Positions 37,463 to 51,032 of a stretch of DNA of 64,000 bases are shown one piece after another. How positions within the stretch are numbered: the first letter of the stretch is position 1; every line of letters starts with the position of its first letter. The DNA is taken from the NCBI GenBank assembly GCA_964187785.1, contig OZ076409.1:54562001-54626000 (forward strand). The letters run 5' to 3'. This stretch comes from Amphiscolops sp. MND2022 (Eukaryota). Both the position numbers and the translations under genes were made by a program. The notes under the pieces are model-generated. The model saw only the letters and a program-made list of their open reading frames with translations, was not told where the DNA came from and ran no database searches.

Positions 37463-40400
37463 TCTTGACTTTTTAGGCTGAGTGAGACGAAGAGTTGTTA
37501 GTTTCAATTCAACTGTATTCAGAGAAGTTAACAGAGTAGTGATTTACAAAACAAACATCAGAAGTTAATGATTATCTCCCGCTGAAATACAAAAAGCGTG
37601 ACTTGTTTTAACTGGAGAAGTTGTTCATACATAACAAAAATCTTGTTTCTAGCTTCGAAACATGCTATGACTTCTTATATTTTAAAACTCCCCCTTTTCG
37701 GAGCTCGATTACAAGTTACATTCTCCGGAGAGTCTTTTGCTGAACATTTCAACCTTAACTTTTGCCAACGGTTTAGTTAGCAAGTCGGCAATCATTTCAC
37801 TGGTTGGACAAAACTCAACATCCAAATGTTGCATTTCTATTTTTTCTTGTATGAAGCTCAACTTGTATGAATGCTTCACTTTCTGAGAATTCACTGTATT
37901 TTTAGTTATGGCGATACAAGCCTGATTGTCTACATGTACCTTAGTAGGCTTTTCAGTGTCAATTCCGATCTCGTTCGCTAGGCCCCGCAGAAACTCAAGT
38001 TCTTGAGATGCTGCGAATAACGACATTGTTTCTGCCTCAGCTGTCGAGGTCGCCACCGTTGTCTGTAACTTAGAACTCCAACTAATAGCTCCTGATTCTG
38101 AGTTCAAAAAGAAGCAAAAACCACTGGTGGACCTCCTATCATCTAACTTTCCTGCCCAGTCGGCATCACTGAAACCTGTGAGCACGAGTGTTTTGGATTT
38201 TCTATACGTCAGTTTCCTACACTTTGTTGCCTTTAAATACCTCAAAATGTGTTTTCCTTGTAACCAATGTTTACGGCCTGGATTTTGAACGTATCGACTT
38301 AATGCTCTGACGGCGAAAGTTATATCAGGTCTTGTTGTGTTCGCTAAGTAGTTCAGACAACCAATCATTCCACGAAAATTACAATTTTTCATTTCCTTTT
38401 GTTCTTGGCTGCCTTCGTCAGGACAGTCCGAACTACTGATTTGTTGCTTTTCAGCAACAGGCGTAAAAAGTCCTTTGGCATCTTTCATTCCAAAGTTTTC
38501 AAGTAATTTTTCGATGTAGTTTTCTTGGGAAATTTCTAGTCTACCTTTTTCATGTCTGATTTGCATTCCCAAGAACCAGTTCAAGTCATCAACTTCACTG
38601 ATCAAGAACTTTGTGCTCAGTGCTTTCTCAAATTTTTCGTAAAAATTAATATCGTCGCTACAGTAGACTAAATCGTCTACCCAACTTGCTACAAAATCTT
38701 TGACCGTTTCGTTCCCTCAAAAACAAACAAGGATCACTTTTGCTCGGCTTGAACTGAATGCTGAGCAAAAAATCTCTAAGTGTATTGAACCAGTTGCGAC
38801 CGGACTGCTTCAATCCATAAAGTGATTTTTTCAATCTACAAACATAGCTTTTGCCGTTGGCATTTTTATTAACAAATCCTGGTGGTTGATCAACAAAAAT
38901 TTCTTCTTCTATACCTGCGTTCAAGTAAGCGGTTTTTATGTCTAACTGTTTCAACTTCATTTCGTTTTGAACTGCCGAACTCAGTAAAACTCGAAGTGTT
39001 ACCATTTTGACAGTCGGACTATATGTTTGATCGTAGTCAATACCTCGTTTTTGTTTAAATCCTCTAGCCACGTATCTTGCTTTGTGCCTAATAATTTCTC
39101 CTTTACTGTTTCGCTTAAGTGCAAAATGCCATTTACCTGTAACGAGGTTTTTTCCTTCCGGCATTTCAACAATGTCCCAAACTTCATTTTTCTGTAAAGA
39201 GTCGTATTCCGCTTTCATCGCACGATACCACTCTGGAGAAGAAAGTGCTTCTTCAATGCTTTTCGGTAACTCTTGATCAACATAATCGCTATGGTATGCA
39301 AACGTTTCAATTTCATCGAACTCAGACGAACCTAAATTGTAAGACAAGTTGCTGCTTGTACCTGGGGCGTATCTGTTGGGCGGCTTGACTTTTCGTCCGT
39401 ACCTAGTCGTAGTATGCACACTCGAACTATGCGGTTGATTTTGTGTTATACTCTCGTCAGAAATTTCGTTCACCAAAGTTTCTGGATTACCGCCTAAATC
39501 ACCGTTTGGCAACTCACTCACATCTTTTATCAAGTTGTGTGTATCGGCGACTAATTCCGTGTTTTGCAACTCTACTTCACTCCCCCTTTCGTTGAGTTCG
39601 AAGAAAAATTCACTGCCACTTTCATTGTTTGCGAAAAGTGTTTTTCCTGGAAAACTAGTCTCGTTGAATTTTACATTTCGGCTACTTTTCGTGATAAGCT
39701 CTGCGCCCTCGAAAAATCCGATCAGATATGACTTAGAATTGTTGCTATAGCCGAGTAAAAAACCTTCCAAAGCTCTACTTTCAAGTTTTTTTCGCTTTGG
39801 TTTCTCTAAGTACATGAATGCTTGACATCCAAAAACTCGAAAATGGGACAAATCAGGTGTCTTGTCAAAAAACTTCTCGAACGGTGTCATGCCATGAGCA
39901 GAGTGAAGGCACCGGTTTTTTATGTGGAAAGCTGCTCGGTATGCAAACGACCAAAAAGTTTCAGGTAAGCCTGCTGTTTTCAACAGACACCTCGCCATCG
40001 CGCCGATGGTTCCCCAAACTCGCTCTATTTTACCGTTTTGTTCTGGAGTGTATTCGCAAGTAAACTCCTGATGAATTCCTTGCTGTAAACAAATGTCAGC
40101 GAAATTTCCAAACTTGAACTCTTTAGCATTATCAGTGACAATCTTGCGAGGTTTGCCAAGCTCAGCTATAAACTTCAAAAGCTTCGTTCCGACTTCGGTT
40201 TTTGTTCTTAATAGATAAACAGCACCGAGTCTGCTGAAGCTATCAACGAATCCTAGAGCGTACTTGAATTCATCTATCGACACTGTGGTTACTGGCGATA
40301 TATCTACGTGGACTATGTCTAAAGGTTTTTTAGCTCTAGTTGCAACTTTTCGGCTTATCGGTAACCGCTTAGCCTTTTCGGTGTTACACACATCGCAAGG

Positions 40401-42764
40401 TTCGTTTCTTTCATCAACTATGTTCATATCGACTATAGCCTTTGCCAAGTTTTGAACATCAATTTTGTTATTGTGAGCAAGTCGTTCATGCCATTGTTGA
40501 AGACTTGCAGTTGCGGCATTGCTTTGCTCATGCAAACAATCAACTTGTAGATAAAACAAGTTATTTTCGCACTTTAACGGAAAACATCTTTCATCCTGAA
40601 CTATACGAGGGTTCGCATCAAAGTGAACGCTCGCATTTTGTTCGTTCAGTTTTTTTATCGAAACTAAGTTTTTTGTGTATTGGGGAACGTACAACGATTG
40701 TTCAAGTTCCAAGATTTGATCTTGGCCTTGATTGTCTTTTGCCAAGAAACTAACGGATCCTCGACCTTCAATGCTAGATTCAGTGCCGTTCGCACATTCA
40801 ACATTACCCATTTTCGAAATGTCCAAGTCTCTGAACAATTCAGCGTCCTTTATCATGTGACTCGTGCAGCCACTGTCTATTAAAAGATCTATGTTCTTAC
40901 ACGTCGAATGTACTTGACTAGTATGAAACGAGAAACCTTGTTTTTCAGCAGTTAGATTACTCTCATTTCGCTTCGTGTAAAAACGTTTGTTTTGAGTCGT
41001 CTCACGCGGAGCTCCTGTTTTCGACTTATTTTTCGTTTTGGGGCACTCATTTGCCTTGTGGCCTTTTGCACCACATTCGTAACACACTATGACAGACACT
41101 TTTGCTCTGCATTCACTTTGTCGGTGGCCTAATTTACCACACTTGAAACATTTCACGTCTTTAGTGAAATGTGGACTTGTTCCCTGTTCGGGTTGACCTC
41201 GGCAACTATCACTATCGAAATTCAAAAGATCTCGCTTTAGATCTGCAAAGGTTTTAGCTTCATGCGAAAACTTGAAAACAGTTACGAAACTTGCAAAGCT
41301 GTTCGGCAAACCTTTTAGAACTACCGAACATAGCATTTGATCGCTAACGTTTTCTCCAACGTCGGTTAGATTAAGTTGGAGTTCTTCAGCTCTCATCAAA
41401 TAATCGCGCATACTTTCTTGTGAGTACATTTTTAGGTTCGTTAACTTATTCAAAAGTTGATGGATACGAGGACGTTCACGACTTTTGAAACAGTCTTGCA
41501 AAAGTTTCCAATCCTGAGTACCGTTAGGTTTCGCTGTTTTAACTAAACTCAATGACTTTCTATCTAGACATTGAACCAGTTCACACCAAACTTCGAACTG
41601 TTTTTCTTTCAACTTGTTCTGCTCACTAGCAAAATTCGCATCTGTTTCCTCAGGCAAATTCTCCTGATCAAGAAGGACAGTTCTCAATTTCAATAAATGA
41701 AGCCGAGCTTCAAAACGTTCAGCAAAATATTCAAAATCCTCGTCTTTTCCCGAAAACAACAACGTTTCCGACTTAGACTGTACCGTACGGTTAGTCATCT
41801 TATATCTCAGTTGTGTAAATTAACAAAGACACTCAAAACGCTAAGGCCTTGTGAACCTGTCCTTGTGCTCCTTGACCTTGTGAGAATGTTGATTCGATTG
41901 TTTTACATATAAGGGCGATCGTCTGGGCCGCAAAAAAACAACTTACGAACAAAAAACGCGAATGACAGGCATTTTGAAGCAAAAACTAAGCTCAGAAAAT
42001 TTCTTACTTCCCGTCATGCTATGCAGTGCATAGCGACGTGCTTTTTGGAAATCAACCAAAACAAAGAAATGCTATCGAAACGTCTGTCAGAAAAATTGTC
42101 ACTAAGAATTTTTTTCAAGCCTAGTTAAATTTCACTGAAGTCTTTTTTTTATTTTTATTTTTTTATTTTATTTTTTTTTGAATCTTCCGAAAAATTTTCT
42201 CAAAAACAAATTTTTACCTATGTGTACTCTCACTCAACTTCAAACTCAACTCTACTCAGCCTAGGAAAAACAGCAAGAAAATTTACAAAAGCATCAAGAA
42301 AGTTTGAGTCTGAGTTTTGAAAAGTTTACTCGCTTCTCATCTCTGAAAGTTGACTTCTGACTGCATGGCGTAGTGGTTCACTGGAAAAAAGATTGCTTCT
42401 TTCTGCTTGACTTCTTACTTCTCGCTTCTGCTTTCCATCATTCGCTGCAGTGTTCAAGTGACTTCTCATCGAAAAGTGACTTCTCATCGAAAAGTGACAG
42501 CAACCTTTGTTTCAGATGATTGGTTAAGGCCGCATAACCTCTTGACTTTTTAGGCTGAGTGAGACGAAGAGTTGTTAGTTTCAATTCAACTGTATTCAGA
42601 GAAGTTAACAGAGTAGTGATTTACAAAACAAACATCAGAAGTTAATGATTATCTCCCGCTGAAATACAAAAAGCGTGACTTGTTTTAACTGGAGAAGTTG
42701 TTCATACATAACAAAAATCTTGTTTCTAGCTTCGAAACATGCTATGACTTCTTATATTTTAAAA
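37463..42764 (-). mobile_element. Full-length Ty1/Copia LTR retrotransposon, recent
   Basis: 225-bp LTRs 37463-37687 and 42540-42764 identical by eye; PBS ggttatgcggcc (copia half-tRNAiMet-like); PPT aaaagggggag; flanked by a 48-bp direct repeat. Confidence 0.97.
37709..41798 (-). CDS. Copia Gag-Pol (2x CCHC, protease, integrase, RT, RNase H) with one frameshift near 38700
   Basis: CFKCGKLGH, LIDSGCTSHM, WHERLAH, IVTDNAKEF, PEQNGKIER, KARYVARG, QLDIKTAYLN, LYGLKQSGR; after the shift WVDD, then FSDADWA, ADLLTKPL. Confidence 0.93.
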
Positions 42765-43779
42765 CCAGATTCGCACCCCAGTCGTCACGCACTGACACCC
42801 ACACTGATAACTAGGCTTTGTGGAAAATACTTTCCAGTAGCCTAGTATCAGGCAGAAATTTTTCAAAATTAACTAGGAAGTTATCGTTTTTTTGTGAGAA
42901 AATGATAAACTGAAATTGCAAAACCGAAGCCACGATGTGTGCGATATTTTTGAGATTCTGAACCTGTTAAAAAAGCTTGTCTCGCTTTTTTTATTTCCTG
43001 TCAAATTTTACCGGGGATTCGCTGCGAAAGGATGACCTAGGATACTCGTTGATCCCAACCTTTCCAACAGAATCCTCCCCCCATAGGGTTCAGACGAAAT
43101 TACCATTTAACGAAATTCCCTAAATCATTGAGAAAACAGTTTCAAGTCAAACTTCACTATCAAGATTTTTCAAAATGGGGTTCAACTGGGAGAGGTATGT
43201 GAATGAGAACAACTAATAAATATTGACCTTACACTATGGACTGAAAACCTAAAGGCACCAACTCTGAATGAGACAGAATATCGATCACGGCAAAATATGA
43301 AAATTGTCTAAAAAAGTTTGCATTATTTCGAGATCATTTCATTATTCCGTCAAGATTTAGCGTGTTCTTCCAAAGATGCCTGAGGTTATCAAAACGGAAT
43401 ATCCTGTCTTCTGAGTAGCACCAATGCAATGAAAAATTTAATCTCAATTTGTTGTTGACAACTTGAACATGCAATTTTTGTAACTTCAGAATACTTTATA
43501 ACAATTTCACCTCTGATATTCATCTTTCAATAGAAATAACCTGAATATATTTCGGGAATAAACCGTCTAAAAAACGCAATACTAGGAAAGATTATGTATG
43601 CAATCAGAGGCTAAAGCTACGATTAAAGACAATGAAATAGCCCACATTCTTGAACTGTCTATCTAGGGTCCCACAGGCGGAACTTTGGAGATGCCTTGGA
43701 GCGTTGCAGCTGTCAGGACTGGAATATTTTTCCCGCCCGTATTTCATACAGGAAAAATATTTGAATCACTTGCGTTTTT

Positions 43780-45030
43780 TCCCTGAAACTTGTCATGTTC
43801 CAAATTTATTCCCCAAATAAAGGGGTTCATCCACAGAATTCAACCGACATGAGTTTAGTTTCGTTAGATATGTATTTGTAGAAATTTTTGGATGTTTTGG
43901 TCAGCATCAAAATGGCCTCAAAAACGAACAGAATATTTCAATTTGTAACGTATTCGTGCAAATTTTGTAGAATTTCCGATTTCGTGTCTTAGAAAGTTGA
44001 AAACGTTCAACAACGCACGGAAAAGTTGTACAATAGGCACTTTTGAAGAGGTATATACAGTTTTTGGCGAAAACGCCTCGAATTTTTGTTGTTTTTCATG
44101 CGAATTTTGAGATTTCTTGGATAAGAATGCTCGCAAAGCCTAACGAGAAAACTCGCCATGCATGCAACACGATTTTTCGTGGCCAAAATTGCAGCGTTTT
44201 GCTTCTAAAAACGGAATGATACCAAATGAGTCGAAAAATAAAAAAAATCCATTTTGTTTTCATGTTTCATGATATGAAAATTTTTATCAGATAAAGTGTA
44301 TTTGGTGTCAAGTAAGTTCTTTGCTGAGATATCTGCAGTTTCTTGTGAGCAAAGTGCCTCAAAATAAACCAAAGTAGTCGAGAGTGTGAAACTTTCAATT
44401 TCTGGCTTATTTAAAGTCTTTTTGTGCAAAGTTGGAAAATATATATATTTAGAGGAATCAAAGAGTTCCAGATGGGAAAACTAGCTATGCGCTTTGAAGA
44501 GAATTGCAGTATCTGTGGTAGGAAATAAATTGTTCTCGAAATTTGAGGTTTTTGAGGAAGGTTTGTAAAAATTTCGGAGGTTTTCGTGGGTGAGACTGTT
44601 GAAAAAGTTCAAGAACGACCGAACCCGGTATCCATTTGTTTTTTTTTCGAGAAATATTTTGAAGCAGATATTTGCTTTTTAGACTTTTTTTACCCAGTTT
44701 TCGAGAAAATTCGAATAATTTCTGCGTCAATTTGTTTTAAAAGCTCAACAATGACATCTGTGTAGTTTGCTTTTGTGAAACGAATTGCTAATTTCGTTGA
44801 AAGTACATCAAAATGGCTTCAAAATAGTCGAAACCTTTAAATCTTATAATATTCGGCATTTTTAACCCGGATTGGAGGAGGAAATTTCTGGATACATCCA
44901 AAAATCTGGTGCTTAAACTTTAAACCGCAATATCTCCAAAACTATTCGAGTCTGACAAACGATTTATACAGCGTTCGAAAGAGGAGCATCAGGGCTTTCA
45001 AATCAATTTTTAAACTGCTGGGCTGGGGGC
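43780..45030 (+). repeat. Interspersed repeat related to 17900-20530
   Basis: Shared blocks ttgcagcgttttgcttc..aatga and gcgttcgaaaga..atcagggcttt..actgctgggctggg; class undetermined, ends approximate. Confidence 0.5.
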
Positions 45031-46544
45031 CTCTGCGTGCAAAGTTTTTTGTGCGAAGTCCTCCGCTGGCGTGCAGCTTCGCCGCACGGGCTCCAGACTT
45101 TACGACTTTACGCCAAAACTTTGCACGCGTGGTGTCTCTGGCTGCAGTTCAGCTTGTTTCAAAAGATGCTAGGACCCCTTTGACCTAATCTTGTCCCCAG
45201 TATTATGAAGTGGTCACACAAGAAAGCAGGAATATCGGAAATTTTGCGCTAATTTTTTTTGATTTTTTGGTCCCGTTTTTCTGATTTTGCAGACATCAAA
45301 TCGACAATCTGTGAAAATGCGTGCAATTCTATGTTGGTTTGTCTGAAAATCTTATTCAAGAGTTTTCTTTACCATACGGTGGGCTGGTGCCTTTAGAAGT
45401 TAGCAGATCTTAAGTAGTGCAAATACGTACCGCGATACTAAATAGGGTTAATGCATTTCTTGTAATCATTACGAGAGATTTCGGGGATTAAAATGCCAGA
45501 ATTGTTCAACCACGAAAAACTTAGTTATCCAGTTTTTTTTTCGAAGAGATATCAGTAGGTTGTTTTAGAAAAATGCCTTGGCGAAAAGCGTCAAAAAAAT
45601 CACGTTCCTCGAATATGACAAAATAATCATGATTTCTTCCTTTTTAGCTGGCGCTTTCGTACAAAGAGCTGACTTTAGTAGTAGCATTCTTTTTCAAAAC
45701 CAACGAAGTGACAGATTTTCTAAAATTCTATAAATTTTGTTCAATTTGCAGACAAGTGAACTACGAACCTACAAAACGTGCTCGCAAACATACCAAGCCC
45801 CCCTTGGCGTTTGTAAATTTACGTGGTCACTGGTATTGGCACATTTCAAAACAGAGCATTTAGGTACCTAGTGGTTCTTAATATCGGTATTTCCTCTTAA
45901 AACGCGATAAGATGAATCAACAAGAGTCAAAACTTTTATTTTTTTATTTTTAAAGCATTATCATAATGGATTGGCTACTGTTGAGCCTGAAATTTATGTC
46001 GTTTCTAGAACAGTTTGGGGAGGGAAATATCCCACTTGTCAGCGGGTGTCTTGCTCGAATTAAAAAATTGATATTATCTGAATTTCTTCAAATAAATTCT
46101 GAGGGCACATTTTTGAGCCTTACATTCATTTCTCTGGGACTACAAATGTTGGATATGTGCCACCAAAGTAATCCCTTAAATTTTTCACTTGAAAATATTC
46201 TGTACGTGTCCATGTTTTTTGTATGTAGTGAAAGGAATCTCATGAGATGAAACATATTGAAGCGTTGAATTGTGTTTTTCATTAGCTAAAATGATTTTTT
46301 ATTGGCTATATGATCCATTACATTAGCCAGTGAGATGATATTTCACTACAGACAGCCAATACGAACAACTACTTGCAAATTAAAACTCCGTCGGCAACTT
46401 CGACTACGTTCAAAAAAGTAATGGCTATGGATCAAATCATTTTGAGTAAAAATTAATTTAATTTAGATACATGCAGGCAGGTTTATCTCTATGTTTTCAC
46501 TTCTCACATATTTCTAGGTTCTGGAACTCTCAAATAAACTCTTT

Positions 46545-47243
46545 TTAGTCGGCGCTTCATGAAGTGAAATGCGACTATTATAGTGGCTTTTTTTTCAATC
46601 CACACGAACTGACCAAAATAGTTCTCAAAAGTTCTACAAAATATTGTTGCACCAAATTGCACTATTTGGTCTAGCGAACTAAACCAAAAAGGTTTTCCCT
46701 GTTTTCCCGCGTAACATACCATACTGAGCGAGACCAAAGGGTCCCCCCTTTCAATTTTTTTTCGGCACTGCGAGACTTTCTGTGGAAAAAAATTCCCCAA
46801 AGGGTCCCCCTTCAATTTTTTGCTGTTTTGCGACAGAATGGATGTTGGAAAATCCCAAAGGGTCCCCCCCTTTCAGTTTTTTTTCGGCACTGAGATTTTT
46901 TCCGAAAATAAAAATTTCTCCCTTTAATTTTTTGATGTTTTGCGACAGAATGGTTGTTGAAAAACCCCAAAGGGTCCCCCCTTTCAGTTTTTCGGCATTG
47001 TGAGACTTTAAAAAAAAATTTTTCCTCCAAAGGGTCCCCCTTCAACTGCGACAAAAATGTTGACAATTTCGGAAGTGTCCCCCGTTTAGCGCGCTAGGGG
47101 CTCGCGCTAGCGGGCCCCGGCGCGCCACTCGGTCCATTTTTTTGCTTTTTCGATTTTCGAGTACCGTAAATTGACACTTGGAAGTCCTTTTGCTATTTTT
47201 GAGCCTTGGGTATGGCGCCGACTTGGGCCGGTCCCGACTTGTT
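46545..47243 (-). repeat. Helentron/DINE-like repeat copy
   Basis: ttagtcggcg...cgccgacttgggccggtcccgacttgtt termini; internal gggtcccc subrepeats. Confidence 0.7.
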
Positions 47244-49427
47244 TCTTTTCGAAATGGTGTGTAGAAATTTTTGCTAGAGGGTTGGAGAGAGATCCCAATG
47301 GCTCGATTCTTACAGAAAGGTTTAGTTTTTAGTGAGTAAGTTTCGTCCACGTATCGCGTATTCTTTTCACAAAGTCTCTCCGGTGCTCAAGTTTCGACTC
47401 CAAAACACTATGGAAAAGTTACTTGCAATTAATACTCTAATTCAGGAATTATCTGGGTATAACAAGTCGAAGGTTTCCACAGTATATAAACTCTCAATCA
47501 AATAACAATAGCACAGCAGGTGAATGAATTATATACAATAACTCGACAAGACTGTGCCAGAATCACGATTCACTCAAAGATTTCCAAGTCCCGGACTTGT
47601 AACTTGTTCGCTGCTCTCACAAAGCAGTTAAGTCAAATTCGATCTCGAGTAGGTTTCTTGCCCGCACGCGGCTCAACTTACTCTTAACTTCGTAATAGTT
47701 CTTCTGTCTCACTTCGTCTCTTTTTCCCTCCCTAAGATATTTATTCATCAGCCGCATTTTTGTTGTACCGATGTCGCTCTTTTATTTGCATGCTTTTGAC
47801 TTCATGTAGTTCCATTCCTTTTATGGCATGGTAGCGCCCTAGTCATATTTCGGCCAGACATACTTCGCCGCCAACGTCAAGTAATTCACATCTTGTCCGA
47901 AGTCCACATTTCAATAATAATTCAAGTCACCCGAGATATCTTTAACAACGAACAAATCGCTCAATGACCTTCAACTACATGGTTTACATGCTTTCTACGT
48001 GTAAGGTGTTCTTTTCTGTCATTCTGAGTGCAATACATCGCGAATCGTTCCGCCTGACTGAAATGCATAAATTATCTCTTAAAGACACTGATTTACATGT
48101 TTTATTGTACGTTTTCCTATAGGTTCCGGGGTTACATCTAAAATGACCTTGAGGTCCATCTGTGACCTTGAAGTTATTTGTCATCATCTAATGTCACTAC
48201 ATGCCAAGTTATATCGTCCTAGGGTCAATGGTTCCCGAGTTACATGATATGCGTATCGTTTGTTTACTTAAGGCGGTTACCCCCGCATGGGTTACAAATA
48301 CGGTTTCATTCACATTAAAAATCGACTACATTCATTATTCCGGTTCGTTTGAGATATTACAAGCCAAGGTCAACGTCTTTTATCGGTCGGGCCCGCGCGT
48401 CCGGTCCCGCGTGCCTTAAACAAACATTACTCCGCTCGCGGTGGACCGATCAATGTATCTTTCATGTATTTTACTTAGGGTTACTAGCTAAACATCTTGG
48501 GTAAGTTTCGTGATCTTCGGGCCATCCGGTGGCTATTTACATAACATTTGAGGTTTATTTACATAGGGTCCGTGCTCCTCCTACGCGCGTCGTAGGTTTC
48601 CGAAAATGTGCGCAAACGGCTTAATATCCTATGGGCTATCAATTCCATATACAATACGACTTACTCCGTGCTTGGTCGACGAGTTCGTAGGGGGGTCGAC
48701 CTAGGTCACTTCCGGTGCTAATAGCCCGGGGCTGGGGGGTCTCGGCTCGGTTCTGTTTTTATAGGCGCGTGGCATAACAGCTCAGGTATACGTGTGCCAA
48801 ATTTCAGGTCTCTACGATAAATAGTCTTTGAGAAAATCCCGACTGGGGGGGGGGTTCGCCAGTTTTGTCACACTTGGTTTTCCCGGGTGGTATCTTAGAA
48901 TATTTTCGCTTGGAAGTGGGACTTAGTAAAATTCGCTCCAAGTGGTCGATTCTAACTTAGCTGATTCGAACAATTTCGTTGTTGACGTCGATTCTATCTT
49001 ACTCAAACAATCAAATTTACTCTTTCTATTATTCGTATACCAAAACCATTAACGAAATACGTCTACTTCGCCTTTTCAGCTGTTTTCACCATTCCGACGG
49101 TTTTTAAAACGTGATTAACATAGTTCTGCCTATCGTATGTACTTCGCGCAAAAATGATGGGATTTTTCTAAATAGCCAAAATCTAAAAATTCTACACTCT
49201 TCCCTTCTGGACTTTTATTCTCCCGAATAAACTTAGCAGTATTGTCATTGGCTGAAGCGTGGGATCTAGGTTAAACATATATAAATGTGGGGGAAGGATT
49301 CGGGATTGGTAAAAATGACTTCGGACTAAAAAATAACACCGATCGTTGATAATATGTACAGTGTTCCTGAAGGAGTATAGCATCGAATAAAAAAAAACAA
49401 TTAAAATATCAAATAAAACATAACTCA

Positions 49428-49727
49428 TTAGCGCACCAGGGGAGGTCGAAGAAAGTCAACCATATACTCGAGCAGACTGATGACATCCTCAATTTCTTGA
49501 TTTTCCTGGTGGGTTCGTATTATGGCCCAGTCATATAAAAAATCGAATAAAATATTCCACAGCAATGTCCTCGAAGGTATTGTAATTACTTCTTGACAAT
49601 AGAGATCACGACAGAAAATGTCAACGACGATAGGTTCTCCATCGAACCAGCATCTAATCCGATCCAATCTTACCGGTCTGGTTCGGTCCGGTAGGGGCCA
49701 GTCAAAGAAAAGTTTTCTGAAAGCCAT
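49428..49727 (-). CDS. Putative 99-aa accessory protein of the LTR element
   Basis: ATG-started ORF in the env-like position, preceded directly by a candidate acceptor (ttgttcttgcaattgcatag); no recognisable domain. Confidence 0.4.
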   Translation of the reverse strand: MAFRKLFFDWPLPDRTRPVRLDRIRCWFDGEPIVVDIFCRDLYCQEVITIPSRTLLWNILFDFLYDWAIIRTHQENQEIEDVISLLEYMVDFLRPPLVR

Positions 49728-50096
49728 CTATGCAATTGCAAGAACAATAGGTATCAAACGACGGGTAATTCTTTATGATAGATGCGTTTCTTTATCCAAC
49801 TTTTATTTAGAGAGCTATTTGAGGGTAAACAAAGATTTTCCTGTGGTCTTATTTTATATCGGCAATTCGGGTACGGACTTTCATGGTTCCCTACTTGCTT
49901 GCTTAGTTATTCACGATTAGACGTCGTCAAAGAATCATAATTAAATGAAGTGGGATTTTCGTCGTTGGAAGTTTTGTTTACTCGACATATTTACTCTTTT
50001 ACCACAGTCAACTTTCGCCAGCTCGGAGTTTCGGTACTGCTTAATTATACATCCATACGCTTTCCTCTACGCCTAAATCAAAACGAGAATAACAAC

Positions 50097-50399
50097 ATGG
50101 CACAAGGTCCATTCCTATTGAGTCTGTATTGGGAATCTCAGTACTTCCGCGTGGTGTTCGAGATCACCCGTATGGAAATTGCAGAGCATCACGAGGTCCA
50201 GCTGACCGTGGAGGGCGAATTGGGCGCGTTATGTCTGGACTACCTTAGCCCTGGTTGGGTAGAATTCGTCATCTTCCTGAGGAACCTCGCCACATCGGAG
50301 ATTGGTCTGGTGGGAGTGCAAAAACTTCGTCTCCTCATTGCCCGCCAAAAACTCTGGGGTGCTCTGCGGGAGCCAACCCCTCCACATTTCTTACTTTAA
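50097..50399 (+). CDS. Putative 100-aa antisense accessory protein of the LTR element
   Basis: aacaacATGG context, GC-richer than flanks, protein-like composition (MAQGPFLLSLYWESQYFRVVFEI...). Confidence 0.45.
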   Translation: MAQGPFLLSLYWESQYFRVVFEITRMEIAEHHEVQLTVEGELGALCLDYLSPGWVEFVIFLRNLATSEIGLVGVQKLRLLIARQKLWGALREPTPPHFLL

Positions 50400-51032
50400 T
50401 TCATCCGTATAAACATCATCTGTCATCATCGACTTCCTTCGTTAAAATTGAAATACAGTTTTCATAGCTCTGCCTCTAGTTTGAGAAAGTCCCCTTTAAT
50501 GCTTACGAACGATTTTGCACCGCATCATTAACTCGGGGTAGTCATTTTAAGGAGGGGAGGTCGGTTGATCGTAGATAAAAAAAATATAGATATAGTCAAG
50601 GCGGAACACCGCTTTGATAGAAGAGTATCTCAGGGCGATTAAAACATGAGACATACTTTCTTTGTAAGGAGGAAACCTCATAAACGGGTTTCGTTGGGTC
50701 GTGAAAATTATACGCAAGAACATGCCTTGAGCATTGGGGGGGTTGACATTGTTTCGATGCGCCATTGTTTTAGTAATTCCCAAAATTCTAAAATCTAGCA
50801 CTGCTAATTCAAAATTCTTTCTTCCCTTCTGCTCGCTTCGAAACAACGTCACAGGGGGGTTTCAGGTGATCACGTGTGGCGCGTTACCTGATTTATAAAA
50901 AAAACAAAAACAAAAAACGTAAGATTAAGGAAAGTTTCACTATGTTTCGTAAAGTCGTCAAGCCGAATCGAAGTTTCGGGTCAAATACATCTAACCGAAG
51001 ACACGTCAATCTCCCGAAGTGATAGTTGTTCT

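Noticed and set aside
38690..38710. Programmed frameshift in Copia pol
   Set aside because: It falls inside the RT just before WVDD, not at a gag/pol boundary; more likely a mutation or sequencing indel.
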